This document shows, piece after piece, positions 31,492 through 40,667 of a DNA stretch of 64,000 bases. Both the position numbers and the translations under genes were made by a program. The DNA is from Sulfolobales archaeon HS-7. GTDB taxonomy: Archaea; Thermoproteota; Thermoprotei_A; Sulfolobales; Sulfolobaceae. Numbering within the stretch: position 1 is the first letter of the stretch; every line of letters begins with the position of its first letter. The DNA is taken from the NCBI GenBank assembly GCA_019704295.1, contig AP024596.1:2087178-2151177 (forward strand), given 5' to 3'. The notes under the pieces are model-generated. The model was not told where the DNA came from and ran no database searches. It saw only the letters and a list, made by a program, of their open reading frames with translations.

Positions 31492-33348
31492 ATGATCTAT
31501 TTCATGGGTATTGACGTTTCTCAGGGAAATGCAAATTCCTCGAGACCGCCTGCTTATTCCGTTGTTATAATCGACTCGAATGAGAAGATTATAGAAAAGC
31601 AAGAATACGCTACTCTTAGTAGAATTATAAGACTCTCATGGGACTATAAACCTAAAGCTATCGCCGTTGATAACGTGTATGAGATAGGAGGGAATGAGAG
31701 AAATTTCGTCAGAATAGCCTCCTTTCTTCCGTATGAAACCGAAATAATTCAAACTACTGTTGTTGAGGGTACTTTTTATGATCTGAGAGATATCGCTAAG
31801 AGCGTTGGGATTAGCATAGAGGGTAAACCGAATCCTGTAAAAACTGCCTATATTAACGCATTACTTGCACTAAGGGGAAAGGGGACCAAGATTAAGCTTA
31901 TTGAGGAAAAGACGAAGATAATAATCTCTAGAGGGAGAAAACTCGGTCCTGGAGGTATGAGTCAAAACAGATACAAAAGAAAGATAAGGGGTATGTTATT
32001 ACAGGTGGCGAAGGATGTAAAGTACAAGTTAGACACACACGGTTTCGATTATGACATGTTAATAAAGAGAAGCAAAAACGGAATAGAGGGAGCAACTTTC
32101 GTTGTTTACACTTCACGTGAGAGTCTTTTTGGTATAGTAAAAAAAACAAATACTCCAGATGTAATCGTCGATATAAGACCTGTTTATAGGTCTAAAGTAG
32201 AGTTCTTCCAAAAGAAGGAAAAAAGGAGCGTCCCTCTTATAGTGGGTATAGACCCGGGAATACATGTGGGAGTTGCCGTACTTGATATATATGGCAGACC
32301 TCTACTACTTGCCACGAAGAAATCTATAGATGTAGATTACGTAATATCTGAGATAACTGGACTCGGTAAACCTTATATAATTGCATCTGATGTGAATCCT
32401 GTTCCTGATGCAGTAAAGAAAATAGCGTCTAGAGTGGGAGCAAAGGTATCATATCCTAGTAAATCTCCCAGTATAGAAGAGAAGCAAAAGATCTCCGATG
32501 AATACGCACAACAATATAATATAAAAATAGAAACCTCCCATGAGAGGGACGCTCTTTCAGCTGCAGTGAAAAGCTTTAAGGAAATAGAGAGCAAAATTAG
32601 GCAAATCGAGGGCTATTTAAGAAGGACTGGGATAGACATTGATCAGGATAAGTTAATGCAATGTGTTTTGAGGGGGATCCCAAGAAGCGAATGTATTGAA
32701 GCTATAATTCAAAGCGCTATGAATATTCCAAATGACGATCTAAAGCCGTCTGTAGCAGTTCAGGAAAACAAGGATAAAGTAACCGATAAGCAATCACAAG
32801 AGATACTTTACTATAAGCTGGAACTTAGCAGATTAAAGGAGTATATGCGAAAACTCTACATTGAGAACGAACAGCTAAAGAAAAAAATTAGAGAATTAGA
32901 AATAAATAATAATAAAGAGATAATGATTGACAGGAAAGTTCATGCGTTAACAATAGAAAATAGGAGGAAAGGCGAATTTATAGTTAATGAAGAAAAAATC
33001 ATACAAGAGTTAACTCGCGAAAGGGAAAAATTAAAAGAAGTAATAGATATGTTAGTTAATATGAAAGTAAAAATAGTTACTAATGATAACCAATTAGTGT
33101 CAGTAAAAAATGGTCAGCTTTATGTCCTTGGCGAGAAAGTAGATGGAAGAGTAGCAGAATACGTTGGAGGCGATTATTGTATAATTAGAAATGACGTATT
33201 AGATGATATAAAAATTCTTCTAAGAGAAAACATTGAACAGACGTCTAGCAATATCAATATAACAGATTTAATAAAGCACTACCGGGAGGAAAGAATAGAA
33301 CGCTTATCAAAGAAACCAAAGAAGTATAGCTTATCTGAGGAAGCTTAA
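31492..33348 (+). CDS. DUF460 protein (RNase H-like domains plus coiled coil)
   Basis: MGIDV, GGMSQNRY, IVGIDPG, HERDAL. Confidence 0.88.
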   Translation: MIYFMGIDVSQGNANSSRPPAYSVVIIDSNEKIIEKQEYATLSRIIRLSWDYKPKAIAVDNVYEIGGNERNFVRIASFLPYETEIIQTTVVEGTFYDLRDIAKSVGISIEGKPNPVKTAYINALLALRGKGTKIKLIEEKTKIIISRGRKLGPGGMSQNRYKRKIRGMLLQVAKDVKYKLDTHGFDYDMLIKRSKNGIEGATFVVYTSRESLFGIVKKTNTPDVIVDIRPVYRSKVEFFQKKEKRSVPLIVGIDPGIHVGVAVLDIYGRPLLLATKKSIDVDYVISEITGLGKPYIIASDVNPVPDAVKKIASRVGAKVSYPSKSPSIEEKQKISDEYAQQYNIKIETSHERDALSAAVKSFKEIESKIRQIEGYLRRTGIDIDQDKLMQCVLRGIPRSECIEAIIQSAMNIPNDDLKPSVAVQENKDKVTDKQSQEILYYKLELSRLKEYMRKLYIENEQLKKKIRELEINNNKEIMIDRKVHALTIENRRKGEFIVNEEKIIQELTREREKLKEVIDMLVNMKVKIVTNDNQLVSVKNGQLYVLGEKVDGRVAEYVGGDYCIIRNDVLDDIKILLRENIEQTSSNINITDLIKHYREERIERLSKKPKKYSLSEEA

Positions 33349-34518
33349 AGCTAGAATAGAGAGAGATAGAATTCCGGTCTTTAGTATCGATTCGTCCACG
33401 TTAAACCTGGAACTATGATTCGGATATATAATGCCCTTTTGTTCATTCCGAGTACCTAGAAAGTAATACATACCTGGAATTTCGTTTAAGAAACGTGACA
33501 TATCTTCTCCTCCCATTATAGGGTCAATTTCTTGGGTAGTAAAACCGTTTTCCCTAAGAGTAGATATAGCGTTTTCGGTAACTTCAGGATCGTTTATAGT
33601 AACAGGATATCCTTCCTGGATTTCTACTTCGCATATAGCACCAAAAGTTGAACAGAGGCTCACTATTATTTTTTTCATTAATTCCCAAACTTTCCTTCTT
33701 AACGTTTCATCTAGAGTTCTTATAGTACCTTCCATAACTACTTCATCTGGAATTATGTTATCCTTAGTACCTCCTTCAATTCTTGATACAGAGATAACAA
33801 GGGGTTTCCTCTGTTCAACGTATCTACTTCTTAGACCATATATTGAGTTTATAATTTGTGATGAGACAAAAATGGGGTCTATCGTATCATCTGGTTTAGA
33901 CGCGTGACCCCCTTTTCCTTTAATTTTAATGAGGAAGGCGTCTGGTGACGCCATTAATGGTCCAGCCCTATAGCCTATAACTCCTGTGGGTAATTCTGCC
34001 ATAATATGTAAACCGAATATATAATCTGGCTTAGGTTCTTTTAACGCGCCGTCTCTAATCATTGGCAACGCGCCACCTTCACCTCCTGCTTCTTCTGCAG
34101 GCTGGAAAAGTAGCTTAATGCTGCCTCTCAGCATTTCCTTATTTAGAGCTAATGTTTTTGCAACTCCAAGTAGAATCGCCGTATGCGCATCGTGACCACA
34201 GGCATGCATTACCCCTTTTACTTGTGATCTATAATCTACATTATTCATTTCCTGAATGGGCAATGCGTCCATATCGGCTCTGAGTGCAACTACTTTTTCA
34301 CCCTGACCTTTCAAAAGACCTACTACCCCATTTCCTCCAACATTTTCCCTTAATTCATAGCCTAGTCGCCTTAAGTACTCACTAACTAGTTTTGCGGTTT
34401 TAGTCTCCCTGTAGGATAACTCCGGATTTTTATGTATCTCTCGTCTTATAGAAATTATCTCATCTTCAATTGAATTTATTGTGTCTTGTAGTTTATTCAA
34501 CTCCTCTTTAGTTAGCAT
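33331..34518 (-). CDS. M20D carboxypeptidase/amidohydrolase (CpsA-like)
   Basis: LRADMDALP, MHACGHDAH, FQPAEE, GGED. Confidence 0.93.
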   Translation of the reverse strand: MLTKEELNKLQDTINSIEDEIISIRREIHKNPELSYRETKTAKLVSEYLRRLGYELRENVGGNGVVGLLKGQGEKVVALRADMDALPIQEMNNVDYRSQVKGVMHACGHDAHTAILLGVAKTLALNKEMLRGSIKLLFQPAEEAGGEGGALPMIRDGALKEPKPDYIFGLHIMAELPTGVIGYRAGPLMASPDAFLIKIKGKGGHASKPDDTIDPIFVSSQIINSIYGLRSRYVEQRKPLVISVSRIEGGTKDNIIPDEVVMEGTIRTLDETLRRKVWELMKKIIVSLCSTFGAICEVEIQEGYPVTINDPEVTENAISTLRENGFTTQEIDPIMGGEDMSRFLNEIPGMYYFLGTRNEQKGIIYPNHSSRFNVDESILKTGILSLSILALSFLR

Positions 34519-34602
34519 TAAGTATAAGTAAACAAAATAAAGGTTAAGAGTTTTAACTTATTAAAGATTAAGGGAGTAAAATCCCGCCTCATGATAATGC
34601 TA

Positions 34603-34970
34603 AATGCGTAATTAATATGATTAATTAGATTTACTAAAAAGTTATAAAATATGTTTGTCTAGGATTAAATCTAGTAAATAAACAGTAGATAATAATATAA
34701 AATTAGTTTATTATATATATAAAAAATAATAGCGTAATTTACAGGAATTCGGGTTAAGGACGAACTTGACAGCATGATAAGTTCGGGTAATTAAGGATCC
34801 TAAATTATCGGATACTATACTCTACTAGTAGATTAGCAAAGGTCTTCAATCTTAGTTAATCTTCCTGTAATTATAGTCCTGATTGAGCAGTGTAAGGTGG
34901 GTTATTCCTATATCCTAAAATTTAGTTAATAAAATAAATTACATTTATTGTACATTATACACTGTCTTGA
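34603..34970 (+). repeat. Diverged ~370-bp direct repeat, copy 1
   Basis: Blocks such as ACTAAAAAGTTATAAAA and TTTAGTTAATAAA recur colinearly at 36210-36575. Confidence 0.6.
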
Positions 34971-35521
34971 GTTCGAGGTACTTTACGACGTGATTTGCGT
35001 GAGGAATAAGGGGAAACCTAGACGTTTCATCTCTAATGCTCGGAAAGACCTTTATGAGTTAGCTGAAGTCTGCAGATTAAGATGTAGAGGAGGACTTTAA
35101 GCCAAGGAAGGCAATTGCTGGATAGGGAAAAAGTTACCTCCCTATCTGATCTGGACCTTCTACTCGACACAACTTGAAATCTACTGAACTATTTCATTTA
35201 ACTTTACCACACCCGAGTCGCTTCCTTTCCAAGAGTTCATGGGCCTCTAAAAGCGATTTTAAGTTATCCGAATGGCGGCATATGCTCCTTGCTTTGCTCT
35301 CGTTAGAGAAATTCAGAACTTCTCACCCCTTTTAGAATTAGCTTGTAAAATATACTAGATTTTAACTAAACATATTATATTGCCATATTCTTGAGTTAGC
35401 TTAATCCTATATCTTCGTTTACAAGTTACATTAATAATATCTGATTGACGTAAGATCTTTTAGCAAAGGATGCCTTACGATAAAACCTAAAAATGACATA
35501 TATGTAATCAAATTCTACAGT

Positions 35522-36004
35522 CTATTCTAATTTAACACACATTTTGGTCCTTGAATTTTCAGCTTCCTCAAACTTCTTTATTAGCTTATACGTTGATTTA
35601 ATTACGGAGTTCGTGGAAAGGGTAATGCATTCATAGTTGTTTGTTGGGGAAAAGCGAGTACATTTTTCCACGTTGGTTATTGTCCTACTTAATCCCCATA
35701 ACCGCTCATCATTTACGCGAGCAAAGTTATACACAATATATTTGAATATGACTGGAGATTTTTGTCTTTGCTTTATCTTGACCAGAATTTTTATAAAATT
35801 TAGTTTAAAAAAATTCAAGAGTTCCTCTTTTGCTTCATCGCTTAACTGTTTATTAATGGTTAGCTTATACACGGTTTCACTGTATGATCTTTCTATAAAA
35901 CCTTTACCTGTTCTTCCTTGATTCCACTTGAAGGAGAATTGTAGACCGTTTTCAATAAATGTTAAATCAGTATCAATAAATGAGCCATGACATTTATATT
36001 TCAT
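35522..36004 (-). CDS. Hypothetical protein
   Basis: 160-aa ORF with TATA-like TTTTATC upstream. Confidence 0.6.
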   Translation of the reverse strand: MKYKCHGSFIDTDLTFIENGLQFSFKWNQGRTGKGFIERSYSETVYKLTINKQLSDEAKEELLNFFKLNFIKILVKIKQRQKSPVIFKYIVYNFARVNDERLWGLSRTITNVEKCTRFSPTNNYECITLSTNSVIKSTYKLIKKFEEAENSRTKMCVKLE

Positions 36005-36209
36005 AAGAGGTATTTGATAAAAGCCTTTTTATGTCCTTAGGTAGAGCTTTACGATATGTATACAATAGACGCTCGTATACTAGACGACTTTAAACAGGTA
36101 TCCTAAGTTTTTCATCATAAACATTTGCAAGCCCTTATTTGTACCTCTTCGGACTCTAAAGGTCCTATCCTCTTTCATTTCCTTTAGGATTAACGAAGTA
36201 AGAGTGTCC

Positions 36210-36575
36210 AATGTGTAATTAACAGAATAACTAGATAAACTAAAAAGTTATAAAACACATCACTCCGGAATTAAATCCATTTAATTACGAGGAGAGAGGT
36301 AATATAAATTAAGTTTATTGAACTCACTCACAATTTACCATATTATTTCTTAAGCGTCAGGGGTAAAAAGAGGTTTTAGGTGTGATGAGTTAAAAGTTAG
36401 CAGAGGGTAGAATCAAAATATTTTTAAGCTTAGGAAGTCGGCAAGGGAGTTTCATCTCTCGTAATTTCCTTCTACTATCGTCCTAATGATGCGTTTCGAA
36501 ATGAATTATTCCTGTATACTAAAGTTTAGTTAATAAAGTAAATAACATCTATTCTACACTGGGTACCGTCACGTG
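36210..36575 (+). repeat. Diverged ~370-bp direct repeat, copy 2
   Basis: See copy 1. Confidence 0.6.
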
Positions 36576-36869
36576 TAACTATTGACAAGAGAGGGCTATA
36601 CATAATGGTAGAAGTTTACTATGATATGTTAGTTCTTAACAGTATTTTCATGAATTTTGGCATATTCTGTAATATTTCACAGAAGTAATTGATGAGTTTC
36701 CATTCCAACACTCTGGTAAGCGTTATCGATAGTTACGCAGAATTAATAAAAGCGTTGTCCTTAATCAGTCTTTCTTAGCTGTGCTTTATATATTTCCACA
36801 AGGTATACGTAACCAAAAAAGTTAAAAAAAGAAAACTGTATTTCTTATCGGATTCTTAGAAAGCAGGGT

Positions 36870-36923
36870 TTACTTCTTCTGACCGCCCTGCTCCTTCTTC
36901 TCTTCCTTCTTCTGCTTTGCCAT
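36870..36923 (-). CDS. 17-aa micro-ORF MAKQKKEEKKEQGGQKK
   Basis: TTTATAA upstream, T-tracts downstream, strong AAG/GAG/CAG codon bias. Confidence 0.5.
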   Translation of the reverse strand: MAKQKKEEKKEQGGQKK

Positions 36924-37273
36924 TTTTGTTCTCTAAATAATAATCCCATATTAACTTGTTATAAAGAGTATCTGACGTAAATATCCGATAAATATTTACG
37001 AAGAGTGACTACTAGACAACTATTTTCTATTAATGATTATATGTTAAAGCTGTATATAATATCTAATTGTATTACAGGAAACAATTAAGGATTGTTACTT
37101 TTCTCTAGAAATAGAAGGTAATAAAGTATCGGCAATTTTATTTTAATCCCTTAAAAGGTAAATACTTTAGTAGTTTTCACTATTCCTCAATAGATATATA
37201 TTATATCTAAATATGTAAAAACAACTAGTTATTATCTTTACGGGAGTAAGGAAATGGGGGACAGCAGGGAGAG

Positions 37274-37486
37274 GGATACCCCACTTACACTTGAATAATT
37301 AGGTATATGTTAATGACACTAATCTACGGAGTCATCGAGACAGCTAAGCGGGAGTTGATTTGCTACGCCTCTACTCCAATTAACAGTATGGGATATCCTG
37401 AACAAGAAGTTCAATTCGGTGTACTCCTATCATCTGTAAAGTACTTCAGGTAAGGAATAATGATACCTTTTCCGTAGGATAGTTCA
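37274..37486 (+). mobile_element. Non-autonomous IS200/IS605-type repeat, copy 1
   Basis: Core nearly identical to 38323 and 39364 copies; ends GGATAGTTCA. Confidence 0.7.
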
Positions 37487-37550
37487 AGCCACTTAATTGA
37501 TTGCTAATAACAATCTAATCCTTAAAAACTCATCTGTTTATCTTCATTAG

Positions 37551-37852
37551 GGGTTCAGAGGAGGCGGAAGACCCGTGAGGATTGGGATGGATAGCCCCCT
37601 TTGAATGGGTTTGAATATCTGTTAGCAGCCGAATACATTAATGAAAGTCATCAACGGAGTAAGCGCCACCGAGACGCCCACGCGAGAGTCAATGTGGTAT
37701 GCCTCTGCTCTAATTACAGTCCTATGTGGGACACTAACGTTAAATCCACTTCGGCCCACGATCCTTAGTGCCTGTGGAGTTCCACCCTCTACCACAAGCA
37801 AGGCGGAGCGGTGAAACAGAAAGCCCCTTCTGCCAAGAAGGGGTGAGTTCAC
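37551..37852 (+). mobile_element. Non-autonomous IS200/IS605 element retaining omegaRNA-like right end
   Basis: Left GGCGGAAGACCCG...GGGATGGATAGCCCC; right GTGCCTGTGGAG...GAAAGCCCCTTC-TGCCAA-GAAGGGGTGAGTTCAC. Confidence 0.75.
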
Positions 37853-37924
37853 TGAATAGCCTTATGTATATTTTCCTTAGGCGTGTTATTGTTTATTAAC
37901 AATAATATAACGAAGATGTTTTAC

Positions 37925-38227
37925 ATGAGTACGCTTAAAAGGATATTAGAGGCATTCGTAAATAGGGAAGTTTTAAATCCAGGAGAAGCAGTTGTGATTA
38001 CAAGTTTGCCTCGTTATGAGGTTTTAGCTTATTTCCACATAATGGAAGAGTTAGATTTAATAGAGTGTATATATTCCCGCGGTTCACATAAGGTTTATCA
38101 ATTGACAGACAAGGGAAAGGAAGTTTTAGATGGTATGAAAGAAGGTAAAATTATAGATGTAGTTGTTAGAGAGTCGGATATGCAATTTCCAGAATCTGTT
38201 AGAACAGGTGATAAAGTCACAGTATAG
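37925..38227 (+). CDS. wHTH DNA-binding protein
   Basis: LPRYEVLA...ELDLIE...KVYQLTDKGKE; start set at MSTLKR. Confidence 0.8.
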   Translation: MSTLKRILEAFVNREVLNPGEAVVITSLPRYEVLAYFHIMEELDLIECIYSRGSHKVYQLTDKGKEVLDGMKEGKIIDVVVRESDMQFPESVRTGDKVTV

Positions 38228-38322
38228 GTGCCCTGGAGAATTGAAAATCACCTATTGTAAACGATTGGAAATGATGGACTCGTTATTATGTTTGTCTTTA
38301 CCAAAGTAAAGGAGTGGAGGAC

Positions 38323-38536
38323 GGATACCCCACTTACACTTGAATAATTAGGTATATGTTAATGACACTGATCTACGGAGTCATCGAGACAGCTAAGCGG
38401 GAGTTGATTTGCTACGCCTCTACTCCAATTAACAGTATAGGATATCCTGAACAAGAAGTTCAATTCGGTGTACTCCTATCATCTGTAAAGTACTTCAGGT
38501 AAGGAATAATGGGGCCCCATCCGTAGGGTAGTTCAC
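38323..38536 (+). mobile_element. Non-autonomous IS200/IS605-type repeat, copy 2
   Basis: GGACGGATACCCC ... GGGGCCCCATCCGTAGGGTAGTTCAC. Confidence 0.7.
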
Positions 38537-39018
38537 AGCACTTAATTATCAAGAAATCTGTCTTAACTCCGTAGTTTAGCTGTACCATAATAAAATAATA
38601 CAGAGTATCTAATACCTTATTAGGATAGTATTTCCTAAAAATTATAAGTCTGAACTCTCTCAATCATGGTAGCTACTAATTTCCTTATAAAAAGTAAATC
38701 TTCGTAAATGTCTTAATAAAGTGTTCTACCTAAATATTCAGAATAAATCTGTAACGATATAACGTAAGGTTATTAAAGCATGTGTCGTAGACAGAGGGAC
38801 GCTTAAATCGAAAGGATTAGATTTGTCCTCTTTAAGCTTCATTTCTTAGAAGACGTTGATGCTAAAGGACGTAAAGGCAAGGTACGTTAGTCTTTAGAAC
38901 TCAAAGAGGTATAAAGATGGGTTTATCAAAATATTTCTATAAGACTAGTGAAAAATAGTGTTATGATAGCTATAATCATGGAAAAGCTTTTTTAGAGTAA
39001 AAAAGCGGAATGTTAAGT

Positions 39019-39091
39019 AGCCGGGTAGTCTAGCGGTCAAGGATCCAGGGCTCTGGCCCCTGGGACCAGGGTTCGAATCCCTGCCCGGCTA
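39019..39091 (+). tRNA. tRNA-Gln(CTG)
   Basis: Cloverleaf, A1-U72, CAGGG-CTCTGGC-CCCTG. Confidence 0.96.
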
Positions 39092-39363
39092 CTGCCTCGG
39101 GAAGTATTCCCACAACCCTACTAACGTAGAATGTATCGCCTTATTTAAAGGTCCTATGTACGAGCGCCTCTGCCTACCGACGGGGTTATTCTCTAGTGAG
39201 CAAGCATAATACTTACCTTTTAATCTCTTTGATATAGAAATATTAATGTAAAATGAAGGTATTTTAATATTGTTAAGTGACAGGAGTTTATCTCTATGGG
39301 TATTAAGGTTACAAAAGATCTAAGTAGACTAACAGCCCACTTAATACTTAAATACAAGTTTAC

Positions 39364-39550
39364 TAGGTATATGTTAATGACACTGATCTACGGAGTCATC
39401 GAGACAGCTAAGCGGGAGTTGATTTGCTACGCCTCTACTCCAATTAACAGTATAGGATATCCTGAACAAGAAGTTCAATTCGGTGTACTCCTATCATCTG
39501 TAAAGTACTTCAGGTAAGGAATAATGGGGCCCCATCCGTAGGGTAGTTCA
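39364..39550 (+). mobile_element. Non-autonomous IS200/IS605-type repeat, copy 3
   Basis: Identical by eye to copy 2 through GGGTAGTTCA. Confidence 0.7.
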
Positions 39551-39865
39551 GATAGAAAGAAGGGGGTCAAAATATCTAGCAAAAAAGATTTCGACAGGTT
39601 ACAGGATCTATTCTTAGCTAAAAGTTCTCTCGAAAAGACTAGAACTCATATAATTCAAAGGAACGATAATCCGATTTTCCCCTGGATAAGAAGGGAACTG
39701 AATATGTTCATATTGAAATTTTCAAACGACCAGCGTTATCAGCAGGAAATAGCTGAACTTGTTCTATGTATCCAACGGGAAGATAGAAATTGTGTAAAAC
39801 TCAAAGCGGAAAGATTACTTTCAATTATAAACGATGAGATTAAGGAACTGTATTCTAAGCTCTAA
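39551..39865 (+). pseudogene. Open frame lacking a standard 5' start (ISSKKDFDRLQDLFLAKSSLEK...ELYSKL)
   Basis: 104 sense codons of protein-like helical sequence starting at the repeat end; ATA at 39572 after SD-like GGGGGT. Confidence 0.55.
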
Positions 39866-40070
39866 AGTCCTTGTCTGGAATCTCATATCAAACATATTGG
39901 AAGTTTTTGGACACGTATAAGTGAAGGGTTTTCAATTACTTTACTGACGATTTAAGGCTACGTATAAAATTCAGGGAAACATTGCATATCAATATTGTTA
40001 TTGAAAATGTAACTACGATTAGAATCCTTTATTATCCTTTTTGCTGTAAAAACCAATTGGGTTATTTTTC

Positions 40071-40224
40071 AGGGTGATCCTATGTCAATTGCTAATTATA
40101 ATTATAGCTATTAAATAAAGGAAACTATTAAGCACGAAATCCAACCTAGTTGATGTAAGGGCATTGAATTAGTTTTATACTTTTTTTAAAAACTGAATCC
40201 GCAAGGGATACGTTAATCGCCCCT
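40071..40224. mobile_element. MITE copy D
   Basis: AGGGTGATCC ... AATCCGCAAGGGATACGTTAATCGCCCCT. Confidence 0.65.
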
Positions 40225-40307
40225 GACTCGTACCTTATCTAACCTATGAATCCTATGTATTAGATCGAAGCTTTACTTAAGATATAACCGATATTATCTT
40301 TAATGGT

Positions 40308-40612
40308 AGGCTGGCTCCTCATACGTAAAGTCTCTACCTATCATTAGTTTCCCCTCTGTCGTCCTCAGGCCGGTGACCCACAAGCTCCTGAGTCCAGGCA
40401 CGACTGCTCCCTTCCGGACCTCGTCGGTTCCCCCAGCTAATGCAGTAATACATCCTTCTCCAAGGACGTATTCTGCATCCTCAGGCCCTGTAGGGCAGCC
40501 TTCATAGTAGACAAAGGCTAATGATAGGCGAGCGCTTTACATATGAGGTTACTGGTGACCGCATTACGCCTTCGGTTATAAGGGGAGGCGAACCCCTCAC
40601 CCTTCCCAGCCC
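40308..40612 (-). ncRNA. ffs: SRP (7S) RNA
   Basis: Helix 8 AGGTCCGGAAGGGAGCAG, terminal pairing GGGCTGG/CCAGCCT, ~305 nt. Confidence 0.93.
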
Positions 40613-40667
40613 AAATTAAGAGTAAGGTAATAAAATAAAAAAGTTTGATATTCATGGAGAGATAATA

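Noticed and set aside
37622-39517. ORFs 37622-37852, 38460-38663 and 39296-39517 as genes
   Set aside because: Lie in or across mini-element sequence; only the shared 48-codon core is noted as a possibility
34500-40300. CRISPR array
   Set aside because: Repeats are 160-370 bp and irregularly spaced; no short repeat-spacer periodicity and no cas genes seen in the window
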